Of a stretch of 64,000 nt of DNA, positions 1 through 8,223 are shown piece by piece. The stretch covers positions 1 through 64,000 of the forward strand of contig CAXBQP010000009.1 of NCBI GenBank assembly GCA_963978095.1, in the 5' to 3' direction. The position numbers were made by a program, and so were the translations under genes. Origin of the DNA: an uncultured bacterium. Lineage in GTDB: Bacteria > Gemmatimonadota > Gemmatimonadetes > Gemmatimonadales > Gemmatimonadaceae. The notes under the pieces are model-generated. The model saw only the letters and a program-made list of their open reading frames with translations, ran no database searches and was not told where the DNA came from. The stretch's first letter is position 1, and every line of letters begins with the position of its first letter.

Positions 1-804
1 CCCGCCTCGCCCTCCACCGCCGGCGCCACCGCCGCGGGGCCCCGTCGCCGCAATCGGCGCGGCAGCCGCCCGCTTGGCCTGCGCACTGTCCTCCGCCGTC
101 ACGGGCGCTGTGCCGGCGCCCCGGCCCGCGGGTGCCGGGGGCGCTTCGGCGGCCTTCACCGCGGCGACCTTGCGGGTCCGCAACGCCAACGCCGCGCGAT
201 CGAGTTTCTCGCGGGCCGGCACGTCCTCAACCTTCGACGTCGCCTTCAGGCTCGCCCCCCGCGCCGCCAGCACCTCGACCGCGGCTACGCGATCGTACGC
301 CGCCGCCCACATGATCGGAGTCTGGCCGAACGCCGTCTCCTTCGCATCGACCGGCGCGCCCTTGTCGAGCAACGCGGTCACGATGGCCTTGTCGCCCAAC
401 GAAGCCGCGAAATGCAACGGGGTCGTGCCACCGGACGAGGTCGTTGCCTTCACATTCGCGCCCGCGTCGAGCAATGCCTTGACCGCGGCCATGCTGCCGC
501 TGCGTGCCGCCAGATGCAGCGGCGCATAGCTGCCGTTGCGCGTCACCGCCTCGAGGCGAGCTCCCGCCGCCACGAGGATCGACACCGTCTCGGCGTCACC
601 CGACATCGCGGCCCAGTGCAACGCCGTCATGCCGTCACCTTGCGCCGCGTTCACATCCGCCCCCTGCCGCAACAAGGCCTTGAGCCGCGTCGCGTCGTGC
701 TTCATCACCGCATCGGCCACAGGCGCGTCGACGGTCGTGACGGCCGCCGGTGCGGCGGCCGCGACCAACAACAACGCCACCGCGAGTGCGACCGCCTTAC
801 GCAT
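1..804 (-). CDS. Exported ankyrin-repeat protein (3' end runs off the window)
   Basis: Not in the ORF track; translated by hand from the ATG at 804: MRKAVALAVALLLVAAAPAA (signal peptide), then ankyrin units GADVNAAQGDGMTALHWAA, GSYAPLHLAA, GGTTPLHFAA, FGQTPIMWAA. The start overlaps the stop of the DUF1552 gene. Confidence 0.9.
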   Translation of the reverse strand, partial: MRKAVALAVALLLVAAAAPAAVTTVDAPVADAVMKHDATRLKALLRQGADVNAAQGDGMTALHWAAMSGDAETVSILVAAGARLEAVTRNGSYAPLHLAARSGSMAAVKALLDAGANVKATTSSGGTTPLHFAASLGDKAIVTALLDKGAPVDAKETAFGQTPIMWAAAYDRVAAVEVLAARGASLKATSKVEDVPAREKLDRAALALRTRKVAAVKAAEAPPAPAGRGAGTAPVTAEDSAQAKRAAAAPIAATGPRGGGAGGGGRGG

Positions 805-2188
805 GGGACGACAGATTCAGGGTCCCGGTGCTGTCGCCGAGCGTGTGCAGGTCGTTCACGCCGAGCGTGTGCATCATGCTGAGCATCGCGTTCGCCATCG
901 GGGTGCCATCCGGCGCCTTGATGTGCACGTTGCCGCCCATGCGGCCGTCGGCCTTGCCCAGAACGATCAACGGGCACCGGCGATGGCTGTGGAGGTTGCT
1001 GTCGGCCATCGGCGAGCCATAGATGATCATCGTCTTGTCGAGCAGGTTGCCGTCGTTCTCCTGGATCGCCTTGAGCTTGTTCAGGAAGTACGGCAGCTGT
1101 GCCACATGGTACTTGTTGATCAGCTGGAAGTCGCTCACCCCCTTCTTGTTGCCACCGTGGTGCGAGGCGGGGTGGAACGGCTTGTCGGTGCCGCTCTCGG
1201 GATACGTGCGCGCCGAGCCGTCGCGGCCCATCTTGAACGAGAACACGCGTGTGATGTCGGAGGCGAAGGCCAGCGCCTGGATGTCGAACATCACCGCCAC
1301 ATGCTCCGAGAAGGAATCCGGCACGCCCGCCGGCGCTTCGGGCATGTCCCGCTGTTCGCCGCTGGTGTTGCGCGCCTCGATCGCCTGGATGCGGCGCTCG
1401 ACTTCGCGGATGTCCTCCAGATACCGGTCGAGGCGCGTGCGGTCATCCGCACCGAGCGACCCCTTGAGGGAGATCATCTCGCCGGCCACCCAGTCGAGAA
1501 TGCTGCGGCGCGACTGCCGGCGCGCAAAACGCTCTTCCGTCGAGCCGCCGACGCCGAACAACTTCTCGAACGCCACGCGCGGGTCGCGAATCACCGGGAG
1601 CGGCTCGGTCGGCGATGCCCACGAGATGGAGTCGGTGTACACGCAGGCGTACCCGTACGCGCACCCACCGGCCTGGTCCACGTTCTCGATGCAGAGCTGC
1701 ATCGACGGGATCGGCGTCGTCTGGCCGAACTTGCGGGCGTAGATCTGGTCGATCGACTCGCCGACATGAATGTCCGACCCTTCCGTCTGCTTCGGGTGCG
1801 CCTGCGTGAGGAACACCGCGCTCGACCGGAAATGGTCGCCGCCGATTTCCTTCGGCGCGCTGGGTTCGGCCTCGCGGCAATCGGTGTTGCTGATGATCGT
1901 CAGGTAGTCGCGGAACGGCTCGAGCGGACTCAGCGCCGACGGCGAGAGATCGTAGGCGCGACCCGTGGCGGCGGGGGACCAGTAGTTCAGCGACGCGCCG
2001 AGTTCATTGCACCCGGCGGCGCCGTGTACCATCTCGATCGCGACCATGCGGGGAGCCTGCTGCGACGTCATGCGCCAGGTCGGCTTTCCCGCCGGGAACA
2101 TCGCATCGAGGAAGGGAAGTGCGACCGTCGCCCCCATCCCCTGCAGGAAGGTACGACGCGGAAGAGCCTTGCCACTGAGATACGTCAT
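797..2188 (-). CDS. DUF1552 (HXXSHH) family protein, Tat-exported
   Basis: Tat signal LPRRTFLQGMGATVALPFLDAM; FHPASHH motif; DPRVAFEKLF and RRSILD motifs; directly downstream of the DUF1592 gene. Confidence 0.9.
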   Translation of the reverse strand: MTYLSGKALPRRTFLQGMGATVALPFLDAMFPAGKPTWRMTSQQAPRMVAIEMVHGAAGCNELGASLNYWSPAATGRAYDLSPSALSPLEPFRDYLTIISNTDCREAEPSAPKEIGGDHFRSSAVFLTQAHPKQTEGSDIHVGESIDQIYARKFGQTTPIPSMQLCIENVDQAGGCAYGYACVYTDSISWASPTEPLPVIRDPRVAFEKLFGVGGSTEERFARRQSRRSILDWVAGEMISLKGSLGADDRTRLDRYLEDIREVERRIQAIEARNTSGEQRDMPEAPAGVPDSFSEHVAVMFDIQALAFASDITRVFSFKMGRDGSARTYPESGTDKPFHPASHHGGNKKGVSDFQLINKYHVAQLPYFLNKLKAIQENDGNLLDKTMIIYGSPMADSNLHSHRRCPLIVLGKADGRMGGNVHIKAPDGTPMANAMLSMMHTLGVNDLHTLGDSTGTLNLSSHA

Positions 2189-2209
2189 CGGATTCCTCGT
2201 GCTGCGGGG

Positions 2210-4666
2210 TTAGCGGGTGCCACTGGAGTTGCGCGTTGCCGCATCGGCAGCGACCGCTGCCGGTACGCGACGCATGCGGAATGCATCGCTCGACACGATG
2301 CCCATCACGAATCGGTCGAACTTGTAGCCGCTGGGCTCCGCGTCATGCTGAATCTTGCGGATGGTCGGCTGATCGTAGTACTCCACGCGGCGTCCGAGGG
2401 CGTACGCCATCAGATTCTGCGTGAAACTGCGCACGATCGGCGTCGGGTGCTTCAGCAACGCCGCGCGCAACTCGGGCAGCGACGACACCGCGGAGCCATC
2501 ATACAACTGGCCGCGCGTGTCGAGGGCCCCGCCGTTCTCGCGGATGCGCCACTTGCCGGTGACGTCGAAGTTGTCGAGCGCCAGGCCGATCGGGTCGATC
2601 ACCTTGTGACACGACACGCAGGCCGGGTTGTCGCGGTGCATCTCCATGCGCTCGCGCGTGGTGAGCAGATGCCCGTCCTTCGCCTCACCGGTCTTTTCCA
2701 GATCCGGCACGTTCGGCGGCGGTGGCGGCGGCGGCGAGCCGAGAATCACTTCCATGACCCACTTGCCGCGGAGCACCGGCGACGTCCGGTTCGCGTGCGA
2801 CGTCAGCGTCAGCACACTGCCCTGGCCGAGCAATCCGCTCCGCCGGTTGTCCGGATACTGGACGCGACGGAAGTTGCTCCCCGTCACGCCGGGGATCCCG
2901 TAATGCTGCGCGAGCTCGTCGTTGACGTAGGTGTAGTTCGCCGTCAGCAGGTCGAGCACGCTCCGGTTCTCGCGCACGATGCTCATGAAGAACAGTTCCG
3001 TCTCCTGCCGCATGGCGTCGGCGAGCTGCTGACGGAAGTTCGGGAACTGCAACGCGTCGGGATGCACCTTCTCGATGTCCTGCAAGCGGAGCCACTGCGC
3101 GGCGAACCGGGTGGAGAGCGCCTCGCTCCGCGGGTCGGCGAGCATCCGCGCCGCCTGCGCCCGCAACCCTTCCGGCGTGCTCAACCCCCCGGCACGCGCG
3201 ACCGAAAGCAGTTTGTCATCCGGCGGCGTCCCCCAGAGGAAGAACGAGAGCCGCGACGCGAGGTCGGCGTCGCTCACCGCGACCCGCGCCCCGGCCCGGA
3301 CGTTCTTCGGGATCTCCTCCACGCGGAACACGAAATGCGGGCTGGAGAGGATCGCCTCGAGCGCGCGACGCACGCCGATCTCGAAGCCTCCTTCCTTGGC
3401 GCCCCGATCGTAGAACTTCATCAGCCCCGCGACGTCATTCGCATTCAACGCACGCCGATACGCCGCGCCGCCGAGCGACGCCACGATCCGCTCGGCGCAC
3501 GGCCGCGCCTCCGCCGCCGACAGCGGGCGGCAACTGAAGATCCGCTTGCGGCTCGGCGTCTCCGACACGCCGGTGGCGTTGAACGGTCCCGTGACCGTCA
3601 CTTCGCGCAGATGCGCGAGCATCGTCACGCCGCTCTGCGACCCGATCTGCGTGTCGGCGATGCTGTTGGCGATCGGCGCGAGGTTGTCGTTCACCGGCCC
3701 GTCGAAGGTGCGGATGAACGCGGCCGTCACGCGCTGCGGCCCGGCCCGGATCTGGATCGGCGGCGTCTTCACGTCCATGCCGGTCGGATCCGCCTGCGAC
3801 ATCCCGCGATCCACGGGAATGAGTGCCACCCGCTCCCCGTTGACCGAGAACTCGATCATTTCGTCGAACGGGGCCGCCGAGCCGAACAGCTGCCCCGTGG
3901 GGATCGAATGCATCATGGTCGACAGCACATACTGCCCGTCGGCGGGGAAGTTGTGCATCACGCTGATCCCGCCGCGCGTCCCGAACGGCGCCCCCTCGAC
4001 CTGATCGGTCTGCGACGCGAGCCGCGGGATCTTGTAGGTCTTCGCCGCGCGCCCCGCCTTCGGGTCGCCGACCGCCAGCCGGCTCACTTCGGCCGCCGCG
4101 TCCAGGTAGGCGTCGAGCGTTGTGGCCGACGGGACCTGCACATCGGCGATGTTGTCGAAGTTGTTGCTCTTGGTGTCGAGCGGGAGCCAGGCCCCGGCGT
4201 CGATGTCCAGCGTCAGCAGGTCGTGGATCGACTTCTCGTACTCCGACCGATTCAGCCGCTGGAAGCTGCGGGATCCCGGATTCGGGTTCGCCACTGCCGC
4301 GGCGTCCACCAGCCGTTCCAGCGTGGAGGCCAGTGCCGCGAGCGTGTCGCCGCCCGGCTTCTCCCACCCCGGCGGCGGCATCATCCCCGCGCGCAACTTG
4401 GCGATGATCTTCTCCGACAACTGCGGCGACTTCGCGGCCGCCGCCACGTCGAACGTCTCCAGCGAGAGCTCGCCGCGCCGCTTGTCGTCGTTGTGACACT
4501 CCGCGCAGCGCTTCTGCACGACGGCCGTCAGTGCCTCGGGGGCCACGAACACCGCGTGCGTCACCGGCGCGCGCGCGGCGACCAGCGCCGCGGGACGCAC
4601 GGCATACGCGACACAGAACGATGCGGCCAACAGTCCGGAAACCGTTGCGACGGTGATTGCTCTCAC
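2210..4666 (-). CDS. DUF1592/1587/1588/1595/1585 (planctomycete cytochrome c-type) multidomain protein with two heme motifs
   Basis: Signal peptide; CAECH and CVSCH heme-attachment motifs; QRLNRSEYEKSIHDLL, LASRLSFFLW, RTSPVLRGKWV and poly-Pro motifs typical of this family. GTG start. Confidence 0.9.
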   Translation of the reverse strand: MRAITVATVSGLLAASFCVAYAVRPAALVAARAPVTHAVFVAPEALTAVVQKRCAECHNDDKRRGELSLETFDVAAAAKSPQLSEKIIAKLRAGMMPPPGWEKPGGDTLAALASTLERLVDAAAVANPNPGSRSFQRLNRSEYEKSIHDLLTLDIDAGAWLPLDTKSNNFDNIADVQVPSATTLDAYLDAAAEVSRLAVGDPKAGRAAKTYKIPRLASQTDQVEGAPFGTRGGISVMHNFPADGQYVLSTMMHSIPTGQLFGSAAPFDEMIEFSVNGERVALIPVDRGMSQADPTGMDVKTPPIQIRAGPQRVTAAFIRTFDGPVNDNLAPIANSIADTQIGSQSGVTMLAHLREVTVTGPFNATGVSETPSRKRIFSCRPLSAAEARPCAERIVASLGGAAYRRALNANDVAGLMKFYDRGAKEGGFEIGVRRALEAILSSPHFVFRVEEIPKNVRAGARVAVSDADLASRLSFFLWGTPPDDKLLSVARAGGLSTPEGLRAQAARMLADPRSEALSTRFAAQWLRLQDIEKVHPDALQFPNFRQQLADAMRQETELFFMSIVRENRSVLDLLTANYTYVNDELAQHYGIPGVTGSNFRRVQYPDNRRSGLLGQGSVLTLTSHANRTSPVLRGKWVMEVILGSPPPPPPPNVPDLEKTGEAKDGHLLTTRERMEMHRDNPACVSCHKVIDPIGLALDNFDVTGKWRIRENGGALDTRGQLYDGSAVSSLPELRAALLKHPTPIVRSFTQNLMAYALGRRVEYYDQPTIRKIQHDAEPSGYKFDRFVMGIVSSDAFRMRRVPAAVAADAATRNSSGTR

Positions 4667-4806
4667 GTGATTCTCTCTCTCGGATTTCTCGAACGTAAAC
4701 GCGCGCGCATCTTATAGAGCGACAGCTGGGATAAGGTGGGTCCGAACCCCGTTCACCGCAAGACCTCCGGCGCCCACCGGGCACCGCCCGCACGCGGTTC
4801 GACCCC

Positions 4807-4835
4807 TTGCCGACATCGCCCCCGAACGCGATACT
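4807..4835 (+). promoter_or_regulatory. Possible sigma70-type promoter for the aldolase-like gene
   Basis: TTGCCG-N17-GATACT, ending 44 bp upstream of the start at 4879. Confidence 0.3.
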
Positions 4836-4878
4836 CGCGCACATCCTGAGGTAACCGACCCTGATTCCGGAGCTGCCC

Positions 4879-5835
4879 GTGCGCGTTCGTTGGATCCCGA
4901 CCCTCCTCATGGTTACGCTCCCCGCCGTCATGGCGTTGCATCAGGGGGCCCGACACCTGAATCCCGTCGCAGAGCTGCTGGCCCAGCACAAGCCGGTCTT
5001 CGGTCTTTATGCGCCCTCCAATCGCCGGCCACGGGGGGACACCACCACGGTGCCCGCCAAAACCGCGGCCCAGTTGGCGGCCGACGCGTTGGCCCACACA
5101 CCGTCGGATTTTGTCTTTGACGGGGCGATGGAGGGAGACTGGGACAAGGGCTACACCGGCTATCGGGAGTTCGTGCAAGGAATGCAGGCCGGCGCGCCCC
5201 CGGCGCAGCGCTGGGCCCATCCCCTGGCGGTGAAGACCCACAAGATCTCCGAGAACCCCACGCTGGCCGCCGAACGCATCGGCAAGGCGCTCGACCTCGG
5301 GGTGAGCACCGTGATGTTCGTCGAGGTGGAGAGCGCGGCGGAGCTGAAGGCCGGGCTCGCCGCCATGCGGTTCAAGTCCCATGGGGGGACACGCCCCGAG
5401 GCGGTGGGGAACGCCCCGGCCTATTGGGGCTTGTCGGAACAGGAGTACAAGGCCAAGGCCGACCTGTATCCGCTCAATCCCAACGGCGAACTCACGAACT
5501 GGACGATCGTCGAGAGCAAGGAAGGGCTCGCACACCTTCGCGAGATCGCGGCGGTGCCCGGCATCGGCGTGCTCTGGCCCGGTGCGGGCACACTGCGCGG
5601 AGTCTTCACGACCACCGACGCGGACGGCAAGCGCACCTTCGACGAGAAGGGATGGGAAGGGGCCATCCAACAAGTGCTCGCCGCCTGCAAGGAGTTCAAG
5701 ATCCCGTGCGGCTACCCAGCCAACGCCACGGATATCGAGACGCGGATGAAGCAGGGTTTCTCGGTGTTCGTCATGAACTGGGGGGACCCGGGTTTCAAGG
5801 CGGTGGACATCGGCTTGAAAGCTGGCGGCCGTTAA
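4879..5835 (+). CDS. HpcH/HpaI aldolase / citrate lyase family protein with probable signal peptide
   Basis: ALDLGVSTVMFVEVESAAEL, TIVESKEGLAHLREIAAVPGIGVLWPG, AIQQVLAACKEFKIPCG and RMKQGFSVF match the family; hydrophobic N-terminus. Confidence 0.8.
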   Translation: MRVRWIPTLLMVTLPAVMALHQGARHLNPVAELLAQHKPVFGLYAPSNRRPRGDTTTVPAKTAAQLAADALAHTPSDFVFDGAMEGDWDKGYTGYREFVQGMQAGAPPAQRWAHPLAVKTHKISENPTLAAERIGKALDLGVSTVMFVEVESAAELKAGLAAMRFKSHGGTRPEAVGNAPAYWGLSEQEYKAKADLYPLNPNGELTNWTIVESKEGLAHLREIAAVPGIGVLWPGAGTLRGVFTTTDADGKRTFDEKGWEGAIQQVLAACKEFKIPCGYPANATDIETRMKQGFSVFVMNWGDPGFKAVDIGLKAGGR

Positions 5836-5856
5836 GTCATTGTAAGATATAGACAT

Positions 5857-5887
5857 AGAAGGGCCGCGCGACATGCGCGGCCCTTCT
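5857..5887. terminator. Hairpin between convergent genes, probably a bidirectional terminator
   Basis: AGAAGGGCCGCGC-GACAT-GCGCGGCCCTTCT, a 13-bp perfect stem. Confidence 0.7.
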
Positions 5888-5912
5888 GATTTCTCCCCAG
5901 CGACACCCTCGG

Positions 5913-6773
5913 CTACTTGCCGGTCGGCGGAATCAGGCGCTGAATCTGCCGCACCCCAAACTCCATCTTGAGCTCAAACATCCGTTTACCGAGCTCGGCC
6001 GTCGAGCGCCGCGCATCGCCGGTGATCCCGTTGTTCACTCGCGCGGCATTCGGGTCGCGCGCCGCCCCGGGAGCCTGGACGGGATCGCCCAGCGCGGTGG
6101 CTACCAACTCCTTGCGCACACACACATCGGCGCAAAGGTAGAGTAGCTCCGATGTGTCGATCAGGCTGGCGTGGCCGCCGGTCGGATAGCCGTTCTTCGC
6201 CAGCCACTCGTCGAACGCAGCCTGACGTGGCGCATAAATCGAGTCCGCATAGAACACGTGGACCCCCTGGGGAGCATACTTCGCCTCGAGTTTCTCGGCC
6301 ACGGACTTGTAGGCGTTGGGCTGGCCGCCGCCGTGGTCACCCATCAGCACGACGTGCTTGAATCCCGTCTTGATCGCCTCCTCGGACATCCGCTCGAGCA
6401 TGGCCGAGAGCAGTTCCGGGGTCAGTCCGATCGTGCCGGGGAGCTGGGCACTCGCATTGTTCGGCGTGTACGCCAGTACCGGCATGGCGATCGCGTTCCC
6501 GAGCCGGATGGCCAGCTCACGGACCGTGGCCTTCGCCATGTAGTTGTGCCCGCCGTTGATGTTCTGGGGGCCGCGCTGCTCCGTGCCGCCGGTGTAGAAC
6601 AGTGCAGTGGTCTTGCCCGCCGCGAGCGCGGCTTTGACCTCGGGCCAGGTCATGTTCTCGAACTCGACCAGTGGAGCAGCCGCTTTCGCCTGCGCCTGCG
6701 CGTGCGTGAGCGACGGGGCGAGGAGCAGGGAGCCGAATACGAGGGCGGTACAACGCTTCAGCGCGCGATGCAT
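5913..6773 (-). CDS. Creatininase (creatinine amidohydrolase) family protein, exported
   Basis: ENMTWPEV, GGTEQRGP, LPGTIGL, GFKHVVLMGDHGG, HASLIDTS; signal peptide ending THA-Q. Confidence 0.85.
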   Translation of the reverse strand: MHRALKRCTALVFGSLLLAPSLTHAQAQAKAAAPLVEFENMTWPEVKAALAAGKTTALFYTGGTEQRGPQNINGGHNYMAKATVRELAIRLGNAIAMPVLAYTPNNASAQLPGTIGLTPELLSAMLERMSEEAIKTGFKHVVLMGDHGGGQPNAYKSVAEKLEAKYAPQGVHVFYADSIYAPRQAAFDEWLAKNGYPTGGHASLIDTSELLYLCADVCVRKELVATALGDPVQAPGAARDPNAARVNNGITGDARRSTAELGKRMFELKMEFGVRQIQRLIPPTGK

Positions 6774-6787
6774 GGGAATCCTCCGGG

Positions 6788-6824
6788 AAAAAGAAGCGGA
6801 CGATGATCACTCATCGTCCGCTTC
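6788..6824 (-). terminator. Rho-independent terminator after susD
   Basis: 14-bp stem GAAGCGGACGATGA / TCATCGTCCGCTTC with a 4-nt loop, followed by a T5 run on the minus strand. Confidence 0.8.
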
Positions 6825-6848
6825 CGTGATGATGAAAACTACCTCGAC

Positions 6849-8210
6849 TTACGCCTTGCGGTCGATGCAACCCGTGAAGTTCGGATTGTTCTTCTCCGTC
6901 ACCGGGATGATCATGTTCACGTCGGTGCCGTACGTGATGCCCACCCGCACATCCACGGCGCCAGTCGGGAACACGGTTTCAGCGTCACGGCCGTACTGAC
7001 GAACCAAGCGACGCAGATCGCCGAGGCGATGCCCAGTGAGCCACAGCCACAGGGCACGCTCCTTGAAGAGCATATCGACGGCTGCCGGCTGCGTCGTCGG
7101 CGACGCGGCCAGCGGGGTGATGGCCGAAGCCAGCCCGGTGGCGCGGAGGACGTTCAAACGCGCGAAGACGGAATCGCGATCCGCCTGCGTGCCGCCCTGC
7201 AGCTTGGCCTCCGCCTCGATCAGGCGTGCCTCGATGCCGTCCGCCAGGATGACCGGCGAGTTCTGCGCCGGATACTTCCCTTCGATCGGCAGGCCACGGT
7301 TGGTGCCGTCGAAGCCGGTGCGGGTCGTCGACGCGGTCCAGGGCACACGGGGATCGGCCGGCGTGGTCAGGTAGTTCAGGCCGTTGGTCCCCTCGCTCGT
7401 GCCCACGGTGTAGCGCGACCCGTTGACGAACGTGGCGTTGTAGATGCCGTTCTGCTGGCGCGCCGTCGCCACCGAGTGATACAGGGTGTACTTGTACGTC
7501 GTGGGCACGGCCGCGACCGCGGTGGCCGCAGCGGCGAACTGCCCCTGGTTGAGCAACGCACGGCCCTTGCCGATGGCCGCGAGATACTTGGGGTTCGTCC
7601 CCGTGGAGAGTGTCGTGGCGCTGTCAAACGAGGCCGCCGCGGTCGTGAGCATCTGCGTCGTCGTCAACGGCTGCCCGTACACGAACGATCCATCGGCAGC
7701 GACCGAGCTGAACGGCACGCCGGAGCAGTACGCTTCGGCGAAGAAATCCTCCATGAAGCCGCGCACGGCGTACATCTCGGCGAGCGAATCCTTGGCGGCC
7801 GCGGTGGCCGGCTTCACTCTGGCCCACGCGACGATCGACGTGGTCAAGCCGGTCCGCGCCAGGTGCATGGCGTTGTACATCGTGACGGCCGCGCCACGCA
7901 TGTTCTCGTTCTGCCGGCGCTCATTCGTGAAGTACCGATCGGCGAACGTGTCGACGGTCTTGATCGCATCGCCCATGTTCTCGGTCGATACGAGGTAGCC
8001 GTCGATGCTTCCGGAGAAGGCGACGACGAAATCCTGATACGCACCATTGCGCATCGTGGTCGCGCCCAAGCTGCTGTTGAGCACCGACGCCGACAGCACG
8101 TCGGGGGTCGCCACCGTCAGGATGTCCTTGCTGCAGCTGGCCAGTGCCACCGCCGTGGCCAGGGCGCCGACCGGCCGCAAGGCGCGGCGAGCGGAGTAGT
8201 AGAAGTTCAT
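6849..8210 (-). CDS. SusD/RagB-like outer-membrane lipoprotein
   Basis: Lipobox LASC; EARLIEAEA and ERALWLWLTGHRLGDLRR motifs; C-terminal IPVTEKNNPN; downstream of the SusC-like gene. Confidence 0.85.
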   Translation of the reverse strand: MNFYYSARRALRPVGALATAVALASCSKDILTVATPDVLSASVLNSSLGATTMRNGAYQDFVVAFSGSIDGYLVSTENMGDAIKTVDTFADRYFTNERRQNENMRGAAVTMYNAMHLARTGLTTSIVAWARVKPATAAAKDSLAEMYAVRGFMEDFFAEAYCSGVPFSSVAADGSFVYGQPLTTTQMLTTAAASFDSATTLSTGTNPKYLAAIGKGRALLNQGQFAAAATAVAAVPTTYKYTLYHSVATARQQNGIYNATFVNGSRYTVGTSEGTNGLNYLTTPADPRVPWTASTTRTGFDGTNRGLPIEGKYPAQNSPVILADGIEARLIEAEAKLQGGTQADRDSVFARLNVLRATGLASAITPLAASPTTQPAAVDMLFKERALWLWLTGHRLGDLRRLVRQYGRDAETVFPTGAVDVRVGITYGTDVNMIIPVTEKNNPNFTGCIDRKA

Positions 8211-8223
8211 GGGTGCGCTCGGC

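Noticed and set aside
536..4717. 1393-aa plus-strand ORF and similar long antisense ORFs (e.g. 15197-17623, 26756-28876, 36921-39479)
   Set aside because: Shadow frames of well-supported opposite-strand genes in high-GC DNA; Arg/His/Val-rich with no recognisable motifs.
4793..4809. GGTTCGACCC resembling a tRNA T-loop
   Set aside because: The T-stem pairs poorly and no acceptor, D or anticodon arms can be folded.
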